Shown: piece after piece, positions 27,434-36,020 of the stretch | Layout: each line of letters starts with the position of its first letter | Numbering within the stretch: position 1 is the stretch's first letter | Virus record (IMG/VR): IMGVR_UViG_3300021962_000133 | Location: 1-54,661 of that record | Direction: 5' to 3' (one strand) | Source: a virus | Taxonomy: Duplodnaviria; Caudoviricetes | Length of the DNA stretch: 54,661 nucleotides | Program-made: the position numbers and the translations under genes | Notes under the pieces: model-generated | Database searches by the model: none | Seen by the model: only the letters and a program-made list of their open reading frames with translations | Told to the model about the DNA's origin: nothing

Positions 27434-29178
27434 AAATAAACGCTGCTGAATTAGGAAAAAATATTATAGCTGAAGTATTAAATGAACCTGCTCCTGGTTT
27501 TTATCCTGGTGGATTTAAACCACCTCATAAAGGTCATTTAGAAGTGGCATTAGATGCTGCTTCAAGAAATTATATCACTAATTTAACTATTATTATAGGT
27601 AAAGGTGTTAGAGATGGTATTAATGCTGAACAATCAAAAGCTATTTGGGATATATATTTAAAAGCTTATCCTAATCAAAAAATTGATGTCATTATAACTA
27701 ATTCACCAAAAAACTCCCCAATAGATGATATTTTTAGTTATTTAGGAAAAGATGTTGATAATAAAGCTTATGTTATAGGAGGTAAAGCTGAAACTATAGA
27801 TCAAAATTATTTTGCTTCTTTAGAAGATAAATTTGGAGATAGAGTTAGAGCTGTAGCTATTGATGAAAAATTTGTTGATGAAAAAGGAAAAAGAATTTCT
27901 GCTTCTGCTTTTAGAACAACTATAGCTACTTTAAAAACTCAAATTTTTACAATTGAAAATACACAAAAAGGAACACCTGAATATAATAAAGCTGTAAGTG
28001 ACTATAATAACACTTATGATTATTTTAAAAGTTTATTCCCTGAAGCTGTTATTCAAAAAGGATATTTTAATGATATTTTAGAAGTATTAAATTTAAATCT
28101 TCCAAAACCAGAATCATTAAATGAGTCAATAGAAGAATATAAAAATAAATCAAAATTAAATCCTAATATTTTTGGAGAAAATGACAGATTAAGACCAAAT
28201 ATTAGACAAGCTTTACTTAAAATAGCTGATACATTTTGGAATAAACTTGATTTAGGGCAAGAATATGATGATGTTACTTTAACAGGTTCATCAGCTAATT
28301 ATAATTGGGGTACTAATTCTGATATTGATTTACATATAATTGTTGATTTTTCAAAATTTGGAGATCCTAAATTAGTTAAAAAATTATTTGATCAAGCTGA
28401 AGCTAATTGGAATAGTGCTTATAATCTTAAAATTAAAAACAATCCAATATCTCCATATGTCCAAGACTCAGAAGGACCTCATAGAAGTACAGGAGTATAT
28501 TCTGTTTTAGATAATGACTGGGTTAAAAAACCTGTTTATCAAAAAATAGAAATTTCTGATTCTGATATTGATAAAAAATCAAATCCATTTAAAAAACAAA
28601 TTGATCAATTAGAAAAAATAAAAGATCCTAATGTTGCTCTTAAAAAAATTGAAGTATTAAAACAAAAACTTAAAAATTTTAGAGAAACTGGTTTAGATAG
28701 AGAAGGTGAATATGCTGTTGAAAACTTAGCTTTTAAAGAATTAAGAAATTCAGGATATTTAGAAAAATTAACTAATATTAAAAGAGATTTAACAACTAAA
28801 GACTTATCTAAAGATTTAAATGAAAATATTGATAAAAATATAGTTGAAAAATTTATTCAATTTGCTTCTAATTTTTTAGATTTAGAAAATATTCCTGAAA
28901 TAAAATTTAAAGAAAAAGTATTAGCCAATGGTATTCAACCAAGTTTTGGAGGTTATATACCTGATTCAAATAGTATAGTTACTGATCCTTCTGGTAGACA
29001 TATTATTGATATATTAAGAACATTAGGACATGAATTAGTTCATGCTAAACAAAATGAATTTAAACCTTTAAACCCAAAAGATGGAGCAACAGGATCACCA
29101 TATGAAAATGAAGCTAACGCTGTAGCTGGCATAATGATGAGAATGTTTGCTAAACAAAACCCCAATATATTTCAATAA
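27430..29178 (+). CDS. Three-domain protein: HIGH-family nucleotidyltransferase + Pol-beta-type nucleotidyltransferase + HExxH zincin
   Basis: PGGFKPPHKGH and ISAS; GSSANYNW...SDIDLH; LGHELVH...YENEA. Confidence 0.8.
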   Translation: MKINAAELGKNIIAEVLNEPAPGFYPGGFKPPHKGHLEVALDAASRNYITNLTIIIGKGVRDGINAEQSKAIWDIYLKAYPNQKIDVIITNSPKNSPIDDIFSYLGKDVDNKAYVIGGKAETIDQNYFASLEDKFGDRVRAVAIDEKFVDEKGKRISASAFRTTIATLKTQIFTIENTQKGTPEYNKAVSDYNNTYDYFKSLFPEAVIQKGYFNDILEVLNLNLPKPESLNESIEEYKNKSKLNPNIFGENDRLRPNIRQALLKIADTFWNKLDLGQEYDDVTLTGSSANYNWGTNSDIDLHIIVDFSKFGDPKLVKKLFDQAEANWNSAYNLKIKNNPISPYVQDSEGPHRSTGVYSVLDNDWVKKPVYQKIEISDSDIDKKSNPFKKQIDQLEKIKDPNVALKKIEVLKQKLKNFRETGLDREGEYAVENLAFKELRNSGYLEKLTNIKRDLTTKDLSKDLNENIDKNIVEKFIQFASNFLDLENIPEIKFKEKVLANGIQPSFGGYIPDSNSIVTDPSGRHIIDILRTLGHELVHAKQNEFKPLNPKDGATGSPYENEANAVAGIMMRMFAKQNPNIFQ

Positions 29179-29729
29179 TGATAGCATTAAAAGATTTGTT
29201 TTTAGAAGTAAATAAAACGCAGTATACCATATACTGTGATATGGATGGTGTATTATGTGACTTTGATGGTCGCTTTGAATTTTACACTGGTATGTCGTTT
29301 GATGATTATAAAATTAAATACGGTGACAAAAAAGCTTATGATAAAATAAGCGAAATAGGAGAAAATTATTGGTCCAATATGAAATGGGAGAAGAATGGAA
29401 AAGAATTATGGAATATAATTAAAATCCATAACCCATATATTCTTTCATCACCAGGCTATTTTACAGGTGCTAAAGAAGGAAAATTAAAATGGATTAAAAA
29501 GAATTTGGGTATTCCTGAAAGTAGAGTTATATTCAAACAATCTAAAGATAAAAAAGATGCTTCTGGAAAAAATCAAGTATTAATTGATGATCTCCCATCA
29601 AACATCTCAGATTGGAAAAGTGCAGGTGGTATAGGAGTTAAATACAATTCATCCAGTCCAGAATCTGCTTACAAAAAATTAGAAGAATTAGGTTTATATG
29701 AAAGAGACATTACTAAAAAAGGAGTTTAA
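29178..29729 (+). CDS. HAD-family 5'(3')-deoxyribonucleotidase-like protein with MIALKDLFLE leader
   Basis: DMDGVLCDF, LSSP, K..WI, LIDD. Confidence 0.85.
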   Translation: MIALKDLFLEVNKTQYTIYCDMDGVLCDFDGRFEFYTGMSFDDYKIKYGDKKAYDKISEIGENYWSNMKWEKNGKELWNIIKIHNPYILSSPGYFTGAKEGKLKWIKKNLGIPESRVIFKQSKDKKDASGKNQVLIDDLPSNISDWKSAGGIGVKYNSSSPESAYKKLEELGLYERDITKKGV

Positions 29730-30276
29730 TCCAGCTGATGTTCAGCGTTTAAGAAATTTAGTTACTAGAAAATATAATGACGCTACTAAAATACAAGTAG
29801 GTTATGATAAAAATCAAACAGATTATAAAGAAGGTGATATCTGGGAAGAAAATAGTAAAACATGGACTATTAAAAATGGTATAAAACAAACTGTTACTAA
29901 GTTAGATAAATTTAAATCTTATTATACAATACCTTTAGTATGTCCTTCATGTAGTGGACCTCTACATAGTGATAGTCCTGCTGTTAAAAAATTATTTAGT
30001 ATCCATAATATGTGTCCAAAATGTGTTGCTACAATGGAAACTAGATTAAAAGCAGAAGGTAAATATGATGAGTATGAAAAAAATCTAATGGTTAAAAATA
30101 AAGAATCAATGGTTGATGATTTTGAATTAGCTATTGGAGAATGGTTATCTTCTAAAAATGATACTTTTATAACTGAACAGGGTGATGTTGAAAATTGGTC
30201 TGGTGGTAAAATTAGTGAAGAAGAAATTAAACAAATAAAAGAATATATTCAAAAATTACGTGAATTAGAGTTATAA
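29698..30276 (+). CDS. Hypothetical Zn-ribbon protein
   Basis: CPSC...CPKC. Confidence 0.7.
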   Translation: MKETLLKKEFNPADVQRLRNLVTRKYNDATKIQVGYDKNQTDYKEGDIWEENSKTWTIKNGIKQTVTKLDKFKSYYTIPLVCPSCSGPLHSDSPAVKKLFSIHNMCPKCVATMETRLKAEGKYDEYEKNLMVKNKESMVDDFELAIGEWLSSKNDTFITEQGDVENWSGGKISEEEIKQIKEYIQKLRELEL

Positions 30277-30316
30277 TTACTTATTTTATTCATATTTATA
30301 AGTAAACTATAATAAT

Positions 30317-30670
30317 ATGCCATACACATCAGTTGGAAAATGCGTCTATAAAAAGAATAAATCTGGAGAAAGAGGCGCTAAAGTTGGATGTACTAGAGGT
30401 GACGTACATCAGTATTTAAGAGCTTTATATGCTAGTGATCCTAAAGCTGCTAAAAATGAAATAGCTGAAATTAGAGGTTCATTAATTGAGGCAACTAAAT
30501 ATGCTGAATTAGAAGAAAATTATATGGGTGTTATTGAAAACATCAAATCTAGCTATGAAAAAATGGCTGAGATGAAACATAAAGATTTTCTTAAACAACT
30601 TAAAGAAGTAATGAAGATGAATAAAAATCTTCAAAAACTTCATAAAGAATATACTAAAGATTTAAAATGA
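30317..30670 (+). CDS. Hypothetical protein
   Basis: 117 aa; ATATTTATA upstream. Confidence 0.7.
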   Translation: MPYTSVGKCVYKKNKSGERGAKVGCTRGDVHQYLRALYASDPKAAKNEIAEIRGSLIEATKYAELEENYMGVIENIKSSYEKMAEMKHKDFLKQLKEVMKMNKNLQKLHKEYTKDLK

Positions 30671-31335
30671 GATTAATTTCATTATTAGAAGAAATCCTTT
30701 TAGAGGCTAAATTTAAAAACCTAAAAGAGGTTGATGATGAAGAATCAAACAATCCTGATCTTAAATCAACCATCAACCCTGGTTTAATATTTGATGATGA
30801 GTCAGATAGAAATAAAGCTTTTGAATGGTTACAGGATATATCAAATTACCCATCAGATGTTGTAACTCAAACAACTAGAGGTGGAGGTGGTAAAGGTACT
30901 GTGACTAAAATATATAAAGGTACTGAATTTGATAGTCCTGAAAATTATATTAAATTTACTAAAGGAGAAATGGATGGTATTCAAAATAGAAATGATTGGG
31001 ATGCCTTTAAATTTGGTCCATCTAATGCTAAAAAAAGAAGTAATTTAGAAAAACAAATTCAAACTATTGATTCATCATTTAAATTCCCATTAAAAATGGG
31101 ACCTGCTTCTCCACAAGGTAAAGAGTATGATAAAGAATTTTTAGCCCAAAAAACAGGTGGAAAAACAAGAGTACCTATTAAATTTACTAAAAAAGATAAT
31201 CTAGGTATAGAATTTCCAGCTGAAGAAAATGCTGGTTTAGGTTTTAATAAAAACAGATTAACTAAAATAATTAAGTTCTTATCAGATAAAATGATAGATA
31301 CTTATTATCATGAAATAACCTCATTCAAATACTAA
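30667..31335 (+). CDS. Hypothetical protein with MRLISLLEEILLE leader
   Basis: 222 aa, ATGA-coupled. Confidence 0.75.
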   Translation: MRLISLLEEILLEAKFKNLKEVDDEESNNPDLKSTINPGLIFDDESDRNKAFEWLQDISNYPSDVVTQTTRGGGGKGTVTKIYKGTEFDSPENYIKFTKGEMDGIQNRNDWDAFKFGPSNAKKRSNLEKQIQTIDSSFKFPLKMGPASPQGKEYDKEFLAQKTGGKTRVPIKFTKKDNLGIEFPAEENAGLGFNKNRLTKIIKFLSDKMIDTYYHEITSFKY

Positions 31336-31890
31336 ATGGCTTTAAAAGAACTTTTAGATAAATTAATTGAAGAAGAATTAGCTAAATTAAAAGAAGCTGA
31401 TGAAGAAGTTGTCTCTGATGAAGAAGAAATTGACATGGAACCTACAACTCCTGTTGAAGATCCTAAATCACCCACTTTTGAAGAAGATCCATTAGGATTT
31501 ATTTTATTCAAATATCCAACTTTAACTAAAACTTTAATTGATTTACTAACAAAAGATTTTAAAGATTATATTATTGGTGTATATGTTATAGCTCCTATAC
31601 CTACTACATTTAAAGTAGTATTACATAATAATCATTTTTTCTACTTAATTTATATGGGTAGATCTTGGGTAGCTAAAGTATCTGGTAAAAAATATTATCT
31701 ATTAAATTTAGGTGAAGAAGAAAGAGCTAGAGTAGCTATAGCTAATTTATTAATGTTAGGTAAAGCTAAAGAAGACATCCAAGGTCCAGACCAAACTCAA
31801 TCTGGAACTGATAAAACTGAACCTACTCCACCTGAAGCTACAACATCCCCAGAAGAAGAAACAACTTCAACAGAAACTGAACCAGCATAA
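31336..31890 (+). CDS. Hypothetical protein with MALKELL..LIEEE leader
   Basis: Acidic termini around a globular core. Confidence 0.75.
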   Translation: MALKELLDKLIEEELAKLKEADEEVVSDEEEIDMEPTTPVEDPKSPTFEEDPLGFILFKYPTLTKTLIDLLTKDFKDYIIGVYVIAPIPTTFKVVLHNNHFFYLIYMGRSWVAKVSGKKYYLLNLGEEERARVAIANLLMLGKAKEDIQGPDQTQSGTDKTEPTPPEATTSPEEETTSTETEPA

Positions 31891-31892
31891 TT

Positions 31893-32555
31893 ATGATTAA
31901 ATTACTTAAATTATTATCAGAATGTAATGATTGTGTTAGAAATAGTGTTAAATCACCATTATTATTAGAATCAAAACAACCTTTATCAGAGGGATTACAA
32001 TATCATTTAGATAATAAATTACCTATTTCTCAACCAATCTATAGATATGGTTCTGAATCTTATTTTGAATTGTTTAAAGAAGTTAGACAATTGTTTAATG
32101 AAGATAAAATAGAACTTTTTGGTGTTGATAAAGAAATTATAACTGAAACTGATTTAGGTGAATCATTTATATATAATAATGAAATATTATATTTAGATCA
32201 CATTTATGAGTCTGAAGATGCTGAAGCTGAAGGTATTAAAATGATAGCAGATGAACCATTTTCAGAATCAAAAACTAAAAAGAAAAATCCTCCACTTGGT
32301 AAACCAAAACGTGGTGGTTCTAAAAAGTTTTATGTTTATGTAAGAGATCCTAAGACTAAAAAAATTAAAAAAATATCATTTGGTGCTCAAGGTATGTCTG
32401 CTAAAATTAATAATTCTAAAAGAAGAGCAGCATTTTCTAAACGCCATAATTGTCCACAAAAAACAGACAAAACAAAAGCTTCATATTGGTCTTGTCGTTT
32501 ACCAAGATATGCTAAATTATTAGGTTTAAAATCAAACTATTCAGGATTTTGGTAA
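31893..32555 (+). CDS. Two-module protein with MIKLLKLLSE leader and a basic Cys/His C-terminal module
   Basis: KKFYVYV...ISFG...AFSKRHNC...SYWSC. Confidence 0.75.
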   Translation: MIKLLKLLSECNDCVRNSVKSPLLLESKQPLSEGLQYHLDNKLPISQPIYRYGSESYFELFKEVRQLFNEDKIELFGVDKEIITETDLGESFIYNNEILYLDHIYESEDAEAEGIKMIADEPFSESKTKKKNPPLGKPKRGGSKKFYVYVRDPKTKKIKKISFGAQGMSAKINNSKRRAAFSKRHNCPQKTDKTKASYWSCRLPRYAKLLGLKSNYSGFW

Positions 32556-32556
32556 G

Positions 32557-33075
32557 ATGACTAAATTAATTGATATATTAGGTGAAATTCTTTTAGAAAA
32601 AAGAAAAAGTAAAAAACGAGACAGATGTCTTCGTATTGCTGACCGTAAATTTGATAAACCATCAGCTTATAAATCAGGTGCTGTTGTTAGATGTCGTCGA
32701 GGTAAAATTTGGAAAGACTTAAAAGAATATGAGGATTTAACTACTAAAAATAGTTATATAGATATAGATGGTAATTTAGATCCTGATCATATTAAAAAGG
32801 ATTTAATTAAAACAAAACCATATTATAAATCATCACTACCTAATTATTTAAATGATGAACCATTAACTGATAATCAAATAGATCAATTAATAGAATTGTT
32901 TACTGATAATGAGGCTGATATATTTGATGCTGGTTATATGACGGACACTGATAAAATTAAGCTTAACCAGCGTTGGAGAAAAGCAGACATAGATGATTTA
33001 AGTGATTGGTTTGTAAGTTTTGTAGAAGGATTAGCTAATAATTGGGAAGAATATCCATTAGATGAAATTAGTTAG
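32557..33075 (+). CDS. Two-module protein with MTKLIDILGE leader
   Basis: Basic DRC...PSAYKSGAVVRCR module, then LKE, then an acidic module. Confidence 0.75.
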   Translation: MTKLIDILGEILLEKRKSKKRDRCLRIADRKFDKPSAYKSGAVVRCRRGKIWKDLKEYEDLTTKNSYIDIDGNLDPDHIKKDLIKTKPYYKSSLPNYLNDEPLTDNQIDQLIELFTDNEADIFDAGYMTDTDKIKLNQRWRKADIDDLSDWFVSFVEGLANNWEEYPLDEIS

Positions 33076-33325
33076 TTTATTAGTTGAAATTTTAAATGAA
33101 GATGAATCATTATACAAATGGTTCAAACGCCAAGGTACATCAGGTAAAGAAGGTGGATGGGTTGATTGTAATACTTGTAGAAAAGATAAAAAAACAGGTA
33201 GATTAAAATGTAAAGCTTGTGGTAGAAAAAAAGGTGAAACTCGAGCTAAATATCCTTCTTGTAGACCTACACCCGCTGGATGTAAGAAAAAAGGTAAAGG
33301 TAAAACATGGGGTAAAACTAAATGA
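33062..33325 (+). CDS. Small basic Cys-rich protein with MKLVSLLVEILNE leader
   Basis: SLYKWF...WVDC...CGR...YPSCRP. Confidence 0.75.
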   Translation: MKLVSLLVEILNEDESLYKWFKRQGTSGKEGGWVDCNTCRKDKKTGRLKCKACGRKKGETRAKYPSCRPTPAGCKKKGKGKTWGKTK

Positions 33326-34068
33326 TTAAACTTGTAGACATATTATTTGAAATGTATCCACCATATAAAGCAAATATGGTGAAAAAAACAAGATATAAAG
33401 CATCTGATGTTTGGACTAATGATCCTGAAACTATTGAAGAATTAATTACAAATACAAAAATTATTTGTGATAATTGTGGTTGGAGTTGGAAAAAAGAAGA
33501 TGGTGGTAAAGATTTATACATTTGTCATAAATGTGGACATAATAATAACCCTAATTTAAAAGAAGCAGATCCTAAAGTAGGTACAGGTAAAAAACCTAAA
33601 GGATCAGGTCGTCGTCTATACACAGATGAAGATCCAACAGATACAGTTAGTATAAGATTTAAAACAGTTCAAGATATTAAAAATACATTATCAAAATCAT
33701 CTTTTAAATCCAAATCTCATGCTCGTCAATCTCAAATTATTAATTTAATTCATCAACGAGTAAGAGCCGCTTATAATAAGGCTAAAGATCCTGAAGTTAA
33801 AGCACGTTTAAAACGAGGATTAATATATATTACAGCTAAAAAAGAAGCATCTAAAGAAAAAACAGAACGTTTACGTAATCAGAAAGAAAATTTAGATCCT
33901 AAAACATTTAAAGATAAAAAAACAGCTATTCCTTATGGATCAGGATATAGTCGTGTACAACAAAATGAAGACTTATTAACTGAAAAATGTTGGAAAGGTT
34001 ATACTCAAAAAGGTTTTAAAACAATGTTTGGTAAAAGATATCCTAACTGTATAAAAAATAAAAAATGA
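33322..34068 (+). CDS. Multi-module protein with MIKLVDILFE leader
   Basis: Zn ribbon CDNC..CHKC, GTGKKPKGSGRRLYTDE module, terminal KCWKGY...PNC module. Confidence 0.75.
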   Translation: MIKLVDILFEMYPPYKANMVKKTRYKASDVWTNDPETIEELITNTKIICDNCGWSWKKEDGGKDLYICHKCGHNNNPNLKEADPKVGTGKKPKGSGRRLYTDEDPTDTVSIRFKTVQDIKNTLSKSSFKSKSHARQSQIINLIHQRVRAAYNKAKDPEVKARLKRGLIYITAKKEASKEKTERLRNQKENLDPKTFKDKKTAIPYGSGYSRVQQNEDLLTEKCWKGYTQKGFKTMFGKRYPNCIKNKK

Positions 34069-34490
34069 TAAATTTATTAGATATATTAAATGAAGCAGAA
34101 TTAGGAAAATGTCCACCTGCTACTCAAGATATAGATTTAAATCTTGAAAATAGACAAAAAGCTATTGACAAATATGGTTATGGCCCATTAAATCCTAATG
34201 AACCTAATGAAAAATTTTGGGAAAAGAAAGTTGAAATGTGGCAATTAGATTCAATAGATGAAGCTAAAAAATCTTTATGTGGAAACTGTGCTGCTTTTGA
34301 TGTGACTAAAAAAACATTAGATTGTATAGCTAAAGGTATAGGAAATGATGAAGGTTCTGAAGATCCTTTTGATGTTATTGAAGCCGGCCAGTTAGGTTAT
34401 TGTAGATTCTTAAAGTTCAAATGTGCAGCTGCTAGAACCTGTGATGCTTGGGTTGTTGGTGGACCAATAATAGACAAAAAAGAAGATTAA
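34065..34490 (+). CDS. Cys-rich putative metal/Fe-S-binding protein with MINLLDILNE leader
   Basis: CGNCAAF...GYC...C...TCDAW. Confidence 0.7.
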   Translation: MINLLDILNEAELGKCPPATQDIDLNLENRQKAIDKYGYGPLNPNEPNEKFWEKKVEMWQLDSIDEAKKSLCGNCAAFDVTKKTLDCIAKGIGNDEGSEDPFDVIEAGQLGYCRFLKFKCAAARTCDAWVVGGPIIDKKED

Positions 34491-34491
34491 T

Positions 34492-34767
34492 ATGGATAAA
34501 CCATATGTAGATATAGAAACTACAGACAAATATATCATTAGAGAATTTGATGATAATATTGATCCAATAGAATTAATGTGGCATCGTGATGATGAAGATC
34601 GTATGGTTGAAATATTAGAACCTGGATTTAATTGGGGTTTTCAATTTGAAAATGAATTACCTTGGGAATTAGAAGAAAATTTAACTATATTTATCATGAG
34701 ACATGAGTGGCACCGTGTTATTAAAGGAACAGGTACACTCAAATTAAAAATACATAAGTGTGATTAA
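34492..34767 (+). CDS. Cupin-like protein
   Basis: WHRDDEDR and HEWHRVIKG two-His pattern. Confidence 0.6.
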   Translation: MDKPYVDIETTDKYIIREFDDNIDPIELMWHRDDEDRMVEILEPGFNWGFQFENELPWELEENLTIFIMRHEWHRVIKGTGTLKLKIHKCD

Positions 34768-35899
34768 ATTAGCATCTTTACTTTTAGAAATGATTATGGA
34801 AGGTTCGTTAACAGCGAATTCTGAAAAAGCTATTAATAAAATAGTAAATTCCCCAGAAGGTAAAGCTGCCGGTTTAGAAAACATGAAAGGTAAGGGTCGT
34901 ATAGCTAATAAAGGAAAAATAGATCCATCTCAATTTTTAAACATAATAAAAAAAGTATATCCTGATACAGAAGTATCGTCTTTTGGTCCTAAACAAGGTC
35001 CTAACCAATCTGATGCTAAACCTATAAAAGGTAGTTCTAAATATCATATGTTTCAATTTGACACAGAAGATGGTGAAGTTAAAATAGTATTAGCAGGTGG
35101 TAAAAATGCTGGTGAGCAATATGAAGAAGATTTATACAATGCTGTGAAATCAGTAGCTGGAAATAATATTGAGGATATTGATAATAAAACAGTTGTTCAA
35201 TTATTCAAATTCTTAAAAATCAACCCAGAAAATTTAAAACCAGAAGATGTAGTTTCAACAGGTAAACAAGATACAAAACGACCATTATCTTTAGATAAAG
35301 TTGAGAATATAGGATCTAAAATATCTGATATTACTATAAAATATGATGGTAATATTTATTATATATCTTTAAAAAATGTATCTGGGGCTGGTTTTTATAA
35401 TGGTGGTACTGTACCTTTTATAGTTTATGACAAAGATAAAAAAGTTATTTTTGATAAAAGTAAATATAATGATAAACCTATAATTAAAGATATATTTGAA
35501 TTATTTAAAGTTAATTCAGATAGAGTAGCTCAAGGTTTAAATGAATATGTAGATAAAGAAGGAGATATACCTAATACTTTTGAAACAGTATCTGGAGTAG
35601 ATATTAAAAAATTATCTAACTTAATAGGTTCTGGTTATGGATATGGTTATTATTATGCTAGAGAAAAAGCAAATGGTGATTTATTTATGACATCAATAAT
35701 GACTGAAAAAGACTTAGAAAAATTTGTTGGTGTTTTAAATAATGTTCAAATTAAATATCCTAATAAAGGAGCTAAAGCTTTATATATAAAAGTAGATACA
35801 AAGAGTGAAATATTAGGAGATATAAATTATATTATAGAAGTAAGAAATACATCAGGATTAGTATTGCCTTTATCTTTAAAGATGAAGTCAAGCAAATAA
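34760..35899 (+). CDS. Protein with MIKLASLLLE leader, possible restriction-endonuclease-like fold
   Basis: GEQYE...ISDITI...YISLK, a (P)D-(D/E/S)xK-like arrangement; GTG start. Confidence 0.6.
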   Translation: MIKLASLLLEMIMEGSLTANSEKAINKIVNSPEGKAAGLENMKGKGRIANKGKIDPSQFLNIIKKVYPDTEVSSFGPKQGPNQSDAKPIKGSSKYHMFQFDTEDGEVKIVLAGGKNAGEQYEEDLYNAVKSVAGNNIEDIDNKTVVQLFKFLKINPENLKPEDVVSTGKQDTKRPLSLDKVENIGSKISDITIKYDGNIYYISLKNVSGAGFYNGGTVPFIVYDKDKKVIFDKSKYNDKPIIKDIFELFKVNSDRVAQGLNEYVDKEGDIPNTFETVSGVDIKKLSNLIGSGYGYGYYYAREKANGDLFMTSIMTEKDLEKFVGVLNNVQIKYPNKGAKALYIKVDTKSEILGDINYIIEVRNTSGLVLPLSLKMKSSK

Positions 35900-35905
35900 A
35901 TTATA

Positions 35906-35980
35906 GACTGATTCATAGCCAGTCGCTCGTAAGAGATTAACATATGGTAGCTGTGGCACCTTAAAAAGGTGCCACCTTTG
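35906..35980 (+). ncRNA. Candidate structured RNA (hairpin/pseudoknot) plus terminator
   Basis: GACTG/CAGTC stem, CTC-GTAA-GAG hairpin, loop CATAGC complementary to GCTGTG, GTGGCACC/GGTGCCAC stem. Confidence 0.45.
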
Positions 35981-35981
35981 T

Positions 35982-36010
35982 TTGGCAAATTAAATAAAAA
36001 TTATTATATT
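35982..36010 (+). promoter_or_regulatory. Early-type promoter TTGG-N19-TATATT
   Basis: Exact consensus and spacing. Confidence 0.75.
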
Positions 36011-36020
36011 TAAATAAAGT

